The notes under the pieces were generated by a model, which worked only from the letters and a program-made list of their open reading frames with translations, did no database searches and was not told where the DNA came from. Positions 1-18,407 of a stretch of 64,000 nucleotides of DNA are shown in pieces. Position numbers and translations under genes: made by a program. How positions within the stretch are numbered: position 1 is the stretch's first letter; every line of letters starts with the position of its first letter. The DNA is from Trichinella spiralis (lineage: Eukaryota): positions 4,640,670-4,704,669 of the forward strand of contig NW_003526943.1 of NCBI RefSeq assembly GCF_000181795.1, written 5' to 3'.

Positions 1-3
1 GAC

Positions 4-1713
4 ATGGCGTGGTCGACAAAGCACCACCATGTTCAACGACTGAACGTGAATAATAGTAACAGTGGTGGGGGCGGTGGTCTGGGTGTTGATTCGAAAGATG
101 AGATGATGATCGAATTGGACAACGACGAAACAACGTTGCAAGAATCGCCGACCAACCACCACCAACAGCACCAATCTCAGGCCGGTGTGCTGTATAGGGA
201 AAATTTGGTCGTTCTCGACCACGAAAATCACCTCTGGCACGTGGTAGTCAAAGGTCTGCATGTGAAAGACGGCTGCGAGGTGCAGACCCAGTGGACCGGC
301 ACCAGTGGTCCGATGTCGGCCATGGCTTGGAAAGAGGATTTGCTGGTGTTCGGCGACAGCGACGGTCAATTTTGCGCTTGGAATTTGCAGTCGAAAACGT
401 CGAACTGTTGCAAGTCGTCCGATTTGGGCGAAATTCGAAATGTCCAATTTTGTCCCCGACCGGGCGATTTCACCGTACTGGCGTTGCAAGCCGAAGGGGC
501 GTCGGTCTGGAATCCGCACAAATTGATCTGCTTGTCCAAATTGCGTCTGGATGCGATCGGTATGCGAGTGGTGGATTTGAGCCTGCTCGAAAGTGGCGTG
601 CCAGTTTTGCTGACCACCGACGGCTGCGCCCGAATCTACGACGCCGGCTTTTCGACGTTGGCGTCGAACAACGAGCGCCAAATTGCCGGCCGACTGTTCT
701 GTCCGACGCTCTGGTCGACCAGTTCGACCAAGTTGGTCAAATATACACTGCTGGAACAGGTCGCGTTCGACCAGCCGCCACCGTCGGTCGAAACGATCGT
801 CGAACGTCTGGGCAGGAGTTCGATCGACGAATTCGAACGTTCGCTTCTGGGGGAACAGTTGCGCTGTCTGGGCGACCCGCTGTTGTCTGGCCTGGACTGT
901 TCGAGTCTGGCTGGCCGGTGCCGGCTAGTTGCCCAACTGTTGGGCGAACAGTGGGAAGTGAATTTCTGGACCGTCGTCCAAGACGCGCTCGAACCGTTGT
1001 CGAACGAGACGGTCCGACTGCCGAACTGTCTCGACTATTTGTTCCCGTCGGGCCAGTTCAGACGAGTCGAATGGGCTACGTTGAGCAGCAGTTTGAGCTT
1101 GGGCGCCGCTGGTCGGCGCCAGACGCGCAACCACGTCGCCACGCTGGTGTTGCTCGGTCAGTCGGACGCGGCGGTGGAATTGCTGCTGGCCGAAACCGCC
1201 GATCCCACCCACGCCGACACCCACTACGAAAACGGTCTCCAAGCTTGCCTGCTGGCCGCTGACCACCGCCATTCGTCGGCCCGCTGTCGCCGCACGATCC
1301 AACTCGTCGCGACCAATTGGATCGCCGCCGGACGTCTGCTCGACGGCATCTGGCTCTTGTGCTTGATCGACAAGCAGCTGGACGCTTGTCGCTATTTGCA
1401 GTCGTTCGGCTACTGGGAACAGTCGGTCTGGCTGGCCAAGGTGGCTTTGGACGACCAACGTTGCGCCGAAGTGATGCTCAAATGGGCCGAACACTTGTCG
1501 AGCAGCGACTTGACGCTCTCGTTGCTGGTGTTGGCTTTTCTCAGACAGTGGGACGCCGTCGTGCGAATGTTGCTCGACATTGGTCAGACGACGGTCGCTT
1601 GGCTGCTCGTCCGAGCGGTTCAACCGACCCCAGACGGCGGTTCCATCGAACCCGACTCGTTGGACCGTCTCAACAGAAGTGTCGAAGCGTTTCGCGCCAA
1701 ATACGGACTGTGA
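4..1713 (+). CDS. WDR11: WD repeat-containing protein 11-like, C-terminal part; the gene probably begins before the window
   Basis: Uninterrupted 569-aa GC-rich ORF. It has WD-like repeats (SAMAWKEDLLVFGDSDGQFCAWNL; IRNVQFCPRPGD) and a WDR11-type helical C-terminus (LVLLGQSDAAVELLL, YENGLQACL, TIQLVATNWIAAGRL, LLCLIDKQLDACRYLQSFG.WEQSVWLAK). AATAAA occurs at about 1747 and 1789. Confidence 0.85.
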   Translation: MAWSTKHHHVQRLNVNNSNSGGGGGLGVDSKDEMMIELDNDETTLQESPTNHHQQHQSQAGVLYRENLVVLDHENHLWHVVVKGLHVKDGCEVQTQWTGTSGPMSAMAWKEDLLVFGDSDGQFCAWNLQSKTSNCCKSSDLGEIRNVQFCPRPGDFTVLALQAEGASVWNPHKLICLSKLRLDAIGMRVVDLSLLESGVPVLLTTDGCARIYDAGFSTLASNNERQIAGRLFCPTLWSTSSTKLVKYTLLEQVAFDQPPPSVETIVERLGRSSIDEFERSLLGEQLRCLGDPLLSGLDCSSLAGRCRLVAQLLGEQWEVNFWTVVQDALEPLSNETVRLPNCLDYLFPSGQFRRVEWATLSSSLSLGAAGRRQTRNHVATLVLLGQSDAAVELLLAETADPTHADTHYENGLQACLLAADHRHSSARCRRTIQLVATNWIAAGRLLDGIWLLCLIDKQLDACRYLQSFGYWEQSVWLAKVALDDQRCAEVMLKWAEHLSSSDLTLSLLVLAFLRQWDAVVRMLLDIGQTTVAWLLVRAVQPTPDGGSIEPDSLDRLNRSVEAFRAKYGL

Positions 1714-1870
1714 CACCGACTGTTCTACGCGTGACGAGATTATATGAATAAATAATAGAATGATTGCACAATTCGTGATGCTCATACGAATAAAATTCAC
1801 AACTGCTGTTTACTGTAGAGTGAAAATTTCCAAAAACCCGATATACAATTTCAAATTGACGGACTATGTT

Positions 1871-4800
1871 TTACAATGTTTCGACCAATCGTAAACTGAT
1901 ACGGTTCCGTTCTTCGTCAATCTTAGAAACAGATACTCGAACTTGTTGATTGATCTGAAAATAGATAGAATTGCGAAGAAAAAGTTAATTACTAATCAAA
2001 GTGAAAATAACTTAATTTGTTTGTTTCCATTAATTACAAGAAAATATACTTGATAAAATATCCAATTTTACTGCTGAGTAAAAAAATATTTTTTTTTAAT
2101 AAAATTTTTCCCAATAAAAATTTATTTATTTACATGCAGTGGAATTCCTCCAATGGCATTTGAATTCAACATTCCGTCCACACCTACACCAATGTCGACA
2201 AATGCACCAAATGGAGCAATATTTCGAACTGTACCAATCAGAATTGAACCAACAGACAAACTATCAAAAGTATTTACCGATTCAACAAATGTCCATCCAT
2301 TAAAATCTAAATAATAGAAATTCTGAACAACCAAAAAAAGAAACAGATAAAGTAGAACACATACCGTCACGAATATCATCGTTACCGTATTTTTCGATAT
2401 TGCTAATGATGAAATTCAACGTATCCATATCAATGTGATAGTTGTCGCTGAATTTTGCTAAATTTTCTCCATTTTTACCAAAGCGGACCACAACATCTCT
2501 AGCCTCTGCACGTAACAGATCCATTCTGTCCAGCTTCAAATGATTCAACAATCTAAATAAATTAATTGTTGACTCGGAAATCTTTTTAAATGAAATTTAA
2601 ATATTCATGTTCACTTGTCCACAATTTCATAAGTTTCCGGATGAATCGATGTTGCGTCTAAGGCATCGACGTCCATATATTTTGAATCTTTTCTTTTCAA
2701 AGTCCCAATTTGACGCTGCTCATTTAATTCTGCTGCATAAATGCGCAAAAATCCGCAACACATTTTATATACATGTTGACCGATGCCATTTATTTGCAAA
2801 AGTTGCTTACGATTTCTAAACTGACCTGTAAAGAATTCACATGCAATACATTAATTAATTGTTTAACAATAAAACCTAATTTAGCCCTGTGCTTGATAAT
2901 TGCTTCAGCCTTTTGTTTTCCCAAACCAGAAACATGCCTAACAATAAAAATTTACATGCACTGCAAAGGAAATTTATAAAATAGAAATACTGTAATAATT
3001 GAGAGGAACATGTATTCAAATTCACGCCAACAAAGCTGACACATTCTTCAAACACAGAATCTCTAACTGCTGTTAATTCTGTTTTTGCCAGGTCGTGCTA
3101 AATTAACATAAATGGATTATGTACTGCAAAATACAAAAGCTTCCATCTAAATTTACTCACTTGATACATACCAATCCCAACGTGCTTAGGATCTATTTTA
3201 ATGTACTCTGATAATGGATCCAATACTCGACGAGCAATGGAAACTAATTAATTAAAAATAATTTATAATGTTCATAATCAATTGAAATATAACAACACAT
3301 GTATTATTAAAACAAGAAAGAAAAAACAAACCTGCACTTCTGTATATTGGATCTAATCCTGGTAGATCGTCACAACCAACTTTGGAAATACTGTACCGAG
3401 ATGAACCTGCTTCGCTGACAATGCTAAAATAACAAATAAATTTTAAAAAATGAATTAAACAACAGTACAATCTTTAAAAAATCATCGCATAAAATAGGAT
3501 TTACCAAAATTTAACCGACAGTGGTGCAAAAAAATTTGATTTGATTAAATCAGAAATAAGTTGCTGAGCCTGCTGACTACCAGTACCATTTCCAATGGCA
3601 ATATTTTCGCACTTTGTCTGAACCATCAAATCGCACAACCTCTTCATCAATACTTGATCTTCTTTTTGTGATGGACTTCGTAAAAAAATCTTTCCTGTAT
3701 CAATAACATCTCCTAAAAGTAATCTTTTAATCTCAATGTTTCAACTGTTCGATAATTTGATTTAATAATAAAATTAAACTCAGTTTACCAGTAGAAGAAA
3801 TCATAGCATATTTACAGCCGGCAGCAAATCCAGGATCAATGCCCAGAATGCTGCAGCCTTTTAACGGTTTTACAAGCAACATATCCTTCAAATTTCTTGA
3901 AAAGCATTCTAATGCTTCCATTTCTGCTACTTTGGTTGCGTTATTCCTATAATAAAACTCATCAAATGAATAAAGTTTTAACATGATTACAAAACTATTT
4001 GGTAGAGTTTAGTAAAGATCTGATTCAAAGAACATAAGCAAGAAGAATACAACATACAATATAATAATTAAATATAATCACAGAATACAACGCTGAATAC
4101 CATAAACATCGGCATAAATATTTGTCGGCAATTTCGTTGAAGCACTTTTCAATGGCATCACGCTCGATTTCACTAATCGCCTTTTTTCCTTTACGAAGAT
4201 TTTCCTGACATACGGTCACAAATTGCGATTTCCATTTTAACGGCAAAGTGATCATTTTCTTCAAAAAAGCACAACTCACTCCACGATTAATTGCCAAAAT
4301 CTGAAACAACCAATTCACAGATTGCCTGTCGAATAAAAATCAAAAATACTTGATGTGCTTTGATTGCGTTCAAATATTTGCAAAAATCAAAATAGGCGGC
4401 AAAATTTTCGCTATTTTTCATCTTTGCATCTTTGCTGTTTACCACTGAACGCCTTTTAGCAACTCGCTTCACCTCAACTTGAACATTCGCACCTTTCTGA
4501 GATCTGCAATTATTCAAATGAAAGTTGGTTGCACTGACAAGTATACACTCGAAATTCACATTCAATTCTCAAAAATGAAAATAACTCATTTGCAATAAAA
4601 CTGTAAAATATTCTTTTTATTTTATACTTTTAAATTTTTCAAAAAACTAACAATAATTCTTTTATAAAATTCTGCGTTTCATCCTGCATCCAAATTTCTT
4701 TTGCAATGATATCGATGATTCCTTCTTTAACGGATAATTTATTTGGAAAATCTAAAAAAAAGATAAAAATTTCCAAAACTCTAATATTAAACAAATGCAA

Positions 4801-5982
4801 TACTTGACGATATATATTTTAATAAATCGACTGGCTTCCCGCTGTTCATAATAAAAATAGCTGGTTCTTTCAAGCCGGCTTCAATCGCTCGCTCATAAGA
4901 AGTCAATTTCGAATAAATACCGCACTTTGATTTCTAAATAATGAAATTACACCTGTGCAACATATATAAATTAAATATTTTAAAATAATAATACCATTTT
5001 TTAATTCTAAATAATAGAAAACATCATTTATAAACTTAAAATTAACAAAGCCTCAAACAATCAACTTCTCTTTACCACCAGATTAACATCTTCCATCGAT
5101 TTGGCTGATTTTAATTCATCAATCAAAGATGTAGAAGTAGCCTCATCTCCTTTGTGTTTTTCTTGCAAAGATTTCACTGCGCTTCCAACTGTTTTATCAA
5201 TTTTCCTGGAATTAAAAATAACCTTTTCACCATCTGGACATCGTAATCAAAAAATGTATACCTTTCAAACTGAAATACATAAAATTCCTTAATAAAATAT
5301 AGATAACGTTTATTCATGCAACTATATGAATAAGTATATCAACTAATGAATAACAGTTGTATAATTTTTTATTAAAAAAACATAAATATGAAATATATTA
5401 ACAATATGATGTAACAATACGAAAAATATTACCACATTTATTTCTCAGTCTTTACATTTTCATCATTCAGTAAAGTATAAAAAACTTACTTCGCTTTTTC
5501 ATACAGCATAAAACACTGTCTTAAAACGCTAACATCTACATTTCCAATTTTCTGTTGCCGATATCTCGCAATGAAAGGAAGAGTGTTTTGTTCATGCATT
5601 AATTTTACAAGTTCTTCACATTGCCAAGCTTTTAATTCGGGAACATTATCCGACAAAAATTCCCCATACGTCCAGTTTACATTTTTAGTTGTCACTAAAA
5701 CATTAAATGATGTAAATGCAAATTTTAAAACTGCTGATTCAACATTTTATAAATTATCAAAGCATTCCTTACATTGCATTTTAAAAGATCTGTAAAACAA
5801 CACTTATGCTTCAATAAACTTATATAAACAAACACGTCACTAAAATTCAAAAATTATATACAATTCAAATTCGAAGATTAACAAAACATATAGCAGTGGC
5901 ATGCTGTGTCAAAGTAAGTAAAACATTGCTATTCACATCCGCACACTTACTTGTTTAAACAGTTGATACTGAAGCGGATCAT
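1871..5982 (-). CDS. SRBD1: S1 RNA-binding domain-containing protein 1 (Tex/Spt6-like), multi-exon
   Basis: Spliced fragments carry Tex motifs: [10 protein letters not shown] (5486-5695), [13 protein letters not shown] (YqgF-like, about 3800-3850), [22 protein letters not shown], and an S1 domain ([23 protein letters not shown]). The last exon reads [30 protein letters not shown] (stop 1871-1873). Frame-consistent first exons 5982-5951, 5789-5773 and 5694 onward give [20 protein letters not shown]; the start is tentative. Confidence 0.88.
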
Positions 5983-7547
5983 GTAAAAATAAAAAAAACT
6001 CAAAAAATAACGTCGAATTCAAAAATTTTCAAAATTAACCAAAATTAGAGTTCACAGCAACGAGTAAACAGTTTGAAATGAAATTTTTTATATTAAAATG
6101 GTTACTGTATTATCCAAATTACAAGCACAAATTTATACTGTAGTTTAAAAATTTACCTATGCTCAAAAAATAATTTACATTCCAATTTTATAAAGAAATA
6201 TAAATTAAAATGATAATTATTTGAACATGGTATTAATAAGTATGTATTTTTTTCAACTTGATTAATAATGTGTGGCTGACTTTTAGAAATAGGGCGTTCC
6301 ACATTTTTCTACTTCAGCTTCTCACAAGAAGTCCTTGTTCTGTTTCATTTTATAATTTATGCTTACACTTTTATGTTTCAATAGGGTTGACTGCAGCTTT
6401 ATTATTGTTTTTTCATTACTGTTTTGTACAACAGTTGGCTTACTCTCTCCAACGGACAAATAGATTTGTTGAAAACTATAACTGCATTACTTTTTGTATT
6501 TCTTAAATAATCATTGCATAATTCACATGAAAATTCCTCTTATTTGACAATATCGCTTAGACTTTTATAGACTCTTCAAAATATTTATTAAAAACTTTCT
6601 CTAACTTCAAATCAAATATTTCATTTCTGAAGTTCAACTATTTTTATGAATTAACTGAAACTTGAAAGAAAAGAATCTAAATATATGTTTCATCTTACCT
6701 GAAACCATCTTATTGACCTATCCTAGATTATTGCTAACGTGGACAATAAAAAACTATAATAATTTGTTTTTTATTATAAACCTATTTATTGTCCTTTTTA
6801 TATTTCACATTTTACTTTCAATACTGTATGAGTTTCTGTTTTTGACACTGCGAGTAAAGCTTTCTTAATTTGAAGAGCTACTGTTTAATATGAAAGTATT
6901 TTAGTAACGGTGTTGCTAAACAGCATTAAACGGCTTGATTATTAGGCTGATATGGCTCTATTATGGCACTGGTGCTTCTACAGAACATTTAATTGAAATT
7001 AATTCTTTCCAGTTAGCCCTGCATTGATTTTCACATGATATGAATGCAGTTATCTGTTTATCAGAGCAATTATGCTCTTTGTTTAAAAGCTTCAAATCAG
7101 CTTTGCATAACATTTTTTAAATAAAGATTGAATTTCACAATAATTCTAAAATTTAAATAAATAATTATTACAATTAATCCATCTCGTCAATAATGATTAA
7201 ATAAAAAATATCAAAATGAGCAGATTGATTCAGAATTTTCAGCCAATAGCAAACTTTTCTGCAATGATGAGCCAAAATTTAATTGCTGCAAATTGCCTAT
7301 TTATCCAAAAACGCTACATATGTTAGTAATTCAATTTTCAAGTTGGATAGTGAAAATTGTGTTGACTTCATGTTGATCAATCTTGCATGAACATCATCAT
7401 TACACTCTGGTCATGATTGGCCATTCATTAGCAAAGTGGTTTTTCGCTAGATTTGTCCACTTGTTAATGTGTGCTTCACTAACTGCGTAAAAAGCATGTT
7501 GAAATTCACGACGTTGTCGACGTTTTGTTAAAGTTTCATTAAAAAAT

Positions 7548-12011
<4,464 letters not shown>

Positions 12012-15000
12012 TGTTGATGCATTTTGAGGAAGAGTTTTGCATATGTACATATGTCAAATAAATTTATAAAATGCAATATGAAATCAGTTATGGGTATTTC
12101 AAATTGGAAATTTTAGTTTAAGCACATTACATAGATTTTAAACATTTATAAAACTAATGTCATTTATGTGAAATTAAAGTTGAAAAGCCTTTAAGAGTGA
12201 AACTCATATGCCTGACAGTTTTATCAGGTTGCAGTTTAGCAAAGCAGTATAAAAATTTTGCATAAAAGTTCTTAAATCAATTAAAAGTCAGTTAAAGATT
12301 TAATTATTTTTGCATTAAATTTACAGCATGAAATTTTAAGTAATTTGTAACATGTCTAACATTATGTATGATAATACTTTACTATCTATGAAACAAAATT
12401 AAAGAAAAACAACGGCATTTAAAGAAAATCACAAGGTAAGGGAATGCAAAATAATCTAAATAAATTGTACTAAAAAGCCCATTTAATAGTACTCTTTCTA
12501 TAAAAAGAAATATCATGTGAAAGCAGCATAATGTAAAAAATGTATAATGTAAAACCACAAGTAATCTTCTAAATCCAGAAATATAACAATGAAAATAACA
12601 AATTGCACAAAACTGCAAATCTATTATGCAAAATAAAATATTGATCATGCAAATTTACTTATAATTTATATTCAATTAATTATATTTAATTATAATATTT
12701 TTTAAATTATGGTTCAGCTCTCAAATTTTGTACTGCAAGCAGAATTAAGTTATGTATATGTATATGTACATCTCTGTGTAGTTAAAAAATTTATCCTCAA
12801 AATGCTTTAAACATTGCGTAACAAGCATTTTGAATCAAAAGCTTCTTAAACGTTACTAAATGATTTTAAATGTGGAGTTCATTACAAGTAATATAATAGG
12901 GAGATGAATTTTTAACAAATCAGGTGTAAACATTACTGTAAATCACATATATGTAACCTGTCATGTTCTAAGTATTAATGTATATATATGCATGCATAAG
13001 AATTTAATGCTGCTTAAAAAATAAATTTCAAAATAATTTACTAAATTTAATTAATTCACCAACAGACTAAAGTGCAAAAGATTAATGTTATTAACGATGC
13101 AGCGTTATTAAATTATGACGTTCAGCAAATACTCATGAAAAATTACTATTATAAATTATGAATTTTTAAAATGTATTAATCTAAAATTTGCAGATTTCAC
13201 TTGTTCTTACAGTTTTGTGCTTTAATTATTTAGCAATTTTTGCAACTCTTCAGTCAGTAGTTTATTTCTGATTTATTATTTTGCTTCATATTTTATTTGG
13301 CAGAAACAATGAAAAAAATTTTTTAATCAGTATTCATAAGCAGTAGAAAAAATAGTAATAAACGTGTATTTGCGCATCTTTATTGAAACATTTCAAAACA
13401 GCACCAAATTAAAAATTATTCACACCAAGACATGTGATACATACTATTGGAGTATTGATATCAGTTTTTATTCTGACAATATAGCTTTTGCAATATAAAT
13501 TATATAAGTGATAATATTAAGAGATATAAATTCAAATAAATAAATTATTTAATAAATAAATTTTATTGCTTATACTTTTAACACTCAAAAGGCAAGTTCA
13601 AAAGACTTATGCTCCATGTAAAGCTATCAATGAAATGATTTCATAAAAATTTTACATTTTATATGATTTTTGTTGTAGCTTTATAAATTCATATTTTTTA
13701 TGAAATATTTCATGTTATCAAATATTGATAAAATTACGATAATTATAATTAATTAATAACAAATAATATATATGCACCGTTTGACATATGCTCCAATAAC
13801 CAACTTTAAATTTTTTTTATTAATGTGACATTAAAAATGAGATAAATTACTACAGCTATTATTGTAAGGCTTATTTAATTTTTTTTCAATAAAGTATTAA
13901 TAAGAATAAATTAAACATAGTGTCTAATTGTGAATTTGATTCTGAAATTGATCTTTATTTTTATCTCTAGTGCACAAAAAGCTATTATCTTTTTTAAACT
14001 AAACGTGATTAAAATGCGTTCATATTTTTATGAATATAATATAAGCAGTAGCACTGGAAACGATTTTTGTAGTTCAACAAGATAAAACAGCTGTTAGATA
14101 AAGGCGTAACGCAGGTGGCAAGCTTTGTAAATAAAGCATCAATTTAGCAAGCACTTTTTTTCAAGACCAGCACAGCAATAGAAAGCTTCTTCAGAGATAC
14201 TTTTTACAGAACCCACTGCCGACAGTGAATCGATACTGGGATCATTGTTTACCAATTTCAGCTTTTTCGAGTTAGCCACTTTTCATTATTGTTAAATCAT
14301 CATCCTCACGTATCGATTAAACAATGTCTGTATACACGCACTGAGAACACGTAGAAGTGAAGCGCATTTTGAACATCCGCTCTTTGATTAACCTGGACGA
14401 CCTGGACAAGATGACAAAGGGTCCACGCAAGGTGCCTGTCATGCGGATGTTCCGCATTTTGCGATACGCTAATAATTTTGCTCCCCTCGACCACATGGCG
14501 TTCCCCTGAGAGTGCATTTGCTACTCGATGATTTCTTTTTACAGCTTAATCAACTCTGGTCATTTGGTTGCTTGTCGTGCGCTGTTTAATCAACAAGCAA
14601 GAACGACGATCTGGTATTAAGCTGCAGGCTTTATTTCGTCTTTATCTCTTTCATCTTTTACACCACCTTAACCTGAACTGTCTGAATTTGTATCATTGCA
14701 ATGAATAATTGAATTTATTTACAGAATCAAGTGACCAGAACAAATTTCCTTTATCGGTGATCAATTTTGCTTAATAAGCTAATGATAAAGAAACGTCCCT
14801 ACGTAAATACCAATTATGAGTCATAAATAGCTTCCATCACGTTAAAAAGAATTATTGCTGCTGACATTGCATAAACTTTATTACAACGTGCTTCGAGCAG
14901 TTTAGAGTTCTGAAACTTTCAAATAATAAAAATATTATGCTAGTACTGGAAAATAAAATGAAAAGAAAAATACAAATAAATATTAATAAAAAATTTTATT

Positions 15001-18000
15001 AAAAATGAAAAATTTTTCTTCATAGAAAGCTTTATGATAGAAGTTGCATAACGCAGTTATGCTATGGATTAATATTTATCTATTTTTTTATTTGAGTAAA
15101 TTATGCATATAATTTTAAGAACACTTAAAATCAGTCAGTCAACTGTTGCAATAGAATATAATAAACAATCAGAGATGAATTATGTCTTCATTTTTTAGAA
15201 TAATATTAGCAATTTAAAACTTGTACATATTTCAATAAGTAATTTACATTTTAAGCTCTTTTTTATTTTTTATTCTATAAGTCAATGAACTTTAAAATCT
15301 GTTAAAAGTGCACGCATCACTTCTAGTCCGTTTTAATGCCTAATATCTAAAAATTAGCAACGTAAACAATAATTTTAACTATATCAAATAATGCAGCAAA
15401 TAAAATATTAAAAAGTAACTACTTGTGAAAGTTTACACGAAAGCAGTTTATACATGTAAGTCTGCAAATCAAAAACTTATTTTACCATATGTATTCAGTG
15501 CAAATAATAATCTTTTGAGTATCAAAATAATAATTGCAATAATTTATTTATTATGTACTCTAAAAAAATAATTTTTTGTCTTGTTTTTAAATATAAAAGT
15601 AATTTTAAATATTTTTATGTAAAAATTTTTAGAATTATAAAAAAATTGAATAAATTAAAAGGCTTATATGATTTTTATTTTCGTAATTTAAAGTTTTAAG
15701 TTCATCAAGTCAGCAATTGGCAGCCGTTCTAGTAGCAAATAAATCAACAACAATGGAGTGTTTTGATCAAAATGCGAGTTTGAAATCACGCATCTGTTGC
15801 ATTGATTCAACATCCAATGTCATGTTTGAAATGCTTCCGTTAACCTGAATTAATATTTGATTGACTTCAATCACTATTCAAATTAATTAATCTCATTTTT
15901 TACCTCAATTACGCAGTTGAGCATTTTTTATAAACTTCAAATGCTATTCGCATTGGTTGTTGATGAAAGTTTGATTAAAATTAAAGTTCAATTTAAGTAA
16001 CATTTAAATAAAACAGAATATTAAACTATTAAAAATTTTAAAATATGTACAGTATATTATTTTCTATGTGTCATTTGTGTATGTCTTCTGGTCTATTGAA
16101 AGTAAAAAGCCTAGAAGAAATTATAGCATGTTTATTGAGTTAGAAAGCATGACAGTCTGCCAGCAGCGCAATTTATAGCTTACAAACACTTTAGCAAGAT
16201 CATGTTCTCATTAAAGGTAAGAAATTTGAACGGTGGAACAGAAAAAGTTTCACAAAATCGAAACCAACAGTTAAATAGTCATTTAAACATCAGGAGTAGC
16301 AGGAGGGTTGTGTTCTATTTGAGAAAAGTGAAGCTTCTATGTTGTGGTTCGATTTTCCATGTGATCAATTGCCAACGGCCTGAGAAGAAACTGCTACACA
16401 AAGTGATGTCTGTCATGGTGGTAAGCCATTGAAATCATTTTGGGCGTGTCCCGGCGTGGACGGCTAATTTGAGCTGCTTTTCCAAAGTGTGATTTTCGGA
16501 TGAACTGCAGACGTTCAGAAAATAGGGAACAAATACGTAGAAGATGCGGTGGGCCAAATAGTCAATAACGATTCGCTTGATTGCGACACCTAAATACTGG
16601 CTTATTTCAGCATCCTGACAGACAAAAGGTGTATTCACACGTTTTGAAATTTATTGAATAATTGAAGAGAAGATATAAACAGGCATTCCAATCTCAAAAT
16701 TATTGTTTTTAGCAAACAAATTTCATAAAGATAACGACTAGCCATTTAGGGTACGGTTGTTTAAGTTTAATATGACAATAACTTATACTCTATAATGAAT
16801 CATCAGCTAGTAATTTAATCTAAAAATATTATTTCTTTTAGATTTTTTTCACATCTGCTCGATTCTAGGCAATACATTTCAGTAATTTTAAGGTTTTAAA
16901 ATAGCAATACCCCTAGTTATTCTAAACAGATCAAGTTATATCAACGTTAGAATTTTTTGTTGCATTATATTTGTAAATATAAGCTCAGAATTTCTCAGAA
17001 TCATAGAAAAAAAGCGTTGTGTGTTACAAAATTTTATCAAAAATGCAGTAATATTCTTGTTATATTCGTAAATATATGTAAGCAGATGAGGTATTTAAGT
17101 AAAATGGATTTTCTATACAAATGTAGCACACGCAATAAAGTAGATCATGTGTTTATTGGTTTAATGACAGAAAACAAATTTTATTTAGACGTTGAAACTA
17201 AATCAAATGAAAATAATATTTCCTTATTAATTAATAAAATGATATTGTACACTGAAAATGATTATACTTATGATTAACGGGATTTTCTAAATATCATCAA
17301 ATAAAGTAAACTTATCATCCATGCAATATATTTTAGGTACTTACACTTGCTTTGACAGTATTTCATGAATAAAATATGAGAATTACTTATTTACTAATTA
17401 CATCTGCAAAGCTTCAGAAACGACTTATGAATAGAGAAAAATAAAAAAAACATCAAGTACGTACTTCCTTTATTCATCTACAATAATAATAATAATAATA
17501 ACAGCTAACAAAAGGATACGTGACATTATTTTTTCCAACATAAAGCAATATTGCTTTTGTTTTTCCTTAACTTTTTTGTAAAATTCAATAAGAACTTAAC
17601 AACAGTATAATGATTCAACACATACTTTACTTTAATAAATAATCAACATTAATAAAATATAGATAAATTCTGAAAATAATTTTGTGTAATATGTGTATTT
17701 CATTTGCCTTGACAGTGAACTATCAAAGTAAAGTACTGTTATAATAGCCTCATACTAACATTAATTAATAACATCAATTACTGCTGCTGTCAATAAAATA
17801 TTTAAACTATTGATGAGTTCCACATTTTTTTGTTTACTTGAATTACTTGTTTTCTTGGAAAATTTCAAAGTTACTTTGAATAGTATTTCAAGAAAATTAA
17901 ATTCAAACAAACAAACAAAGAGAAAGAGAAACAAAAAACAACCAATGATTACTTGATAAGAAATTTCTCAAACAAAATAAGAGAATTTGATTATTTTTAA

Positions 18001-18407
18001 TTATTAATTAAAAAACATTTTACCATAAGACAAAACAGTCGCAGTCTTAAAATTTGAACATGAAACACTGCAAATAAAAGCATATAAACGTCGAAGTTAA
18101 TTCAATTAAAAATTTATGCAAAGTACACATAAGAGCATACAAAGTGCTTTTTTGCACCAAGACATTTATTTTATATTACTTTTATTATTTTATAATTAAT
18201 TGTTATTATTTATTCATTATTATTTATTGTTACTTTGTATTATTCGAATATTCAGTTAGGATTAGCAAATCTGAAACTTATCAAAGTATAAAAATAAAAT
18301 CTTCTGATTTGTAAAGAATAATAATGGTTTGATGTCTTAATTTAAGGGTCAATAAGTTTTAAACTTTATAAATTCACACCACATGTTTAAAGATAATAAA
18401 TTTCTTT

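Noticed and set aside
291..1800. Long overlapping alternative-frame and antisense ORFs over WDR11 (similarly over the POU-S, HMG and NDUFAF7 genes)
   Set aside because: These are expected shadows of GC-rich, stop-poor coding sequence and show no recognisable domains.
6962..7020. TATGGCACTGGT, matching the 5' half of miR-183/miR-228 family microRNAs
   Set aside because: The 3' half diverges, and the possible fold-back needs a large bulge, so it is not a convincing pre-miRNA.
14342..14344. In-frame TGA as a possible selenocysteine codon
   Set aside because: No redox motif context and no recognisable SECIS element downstream.
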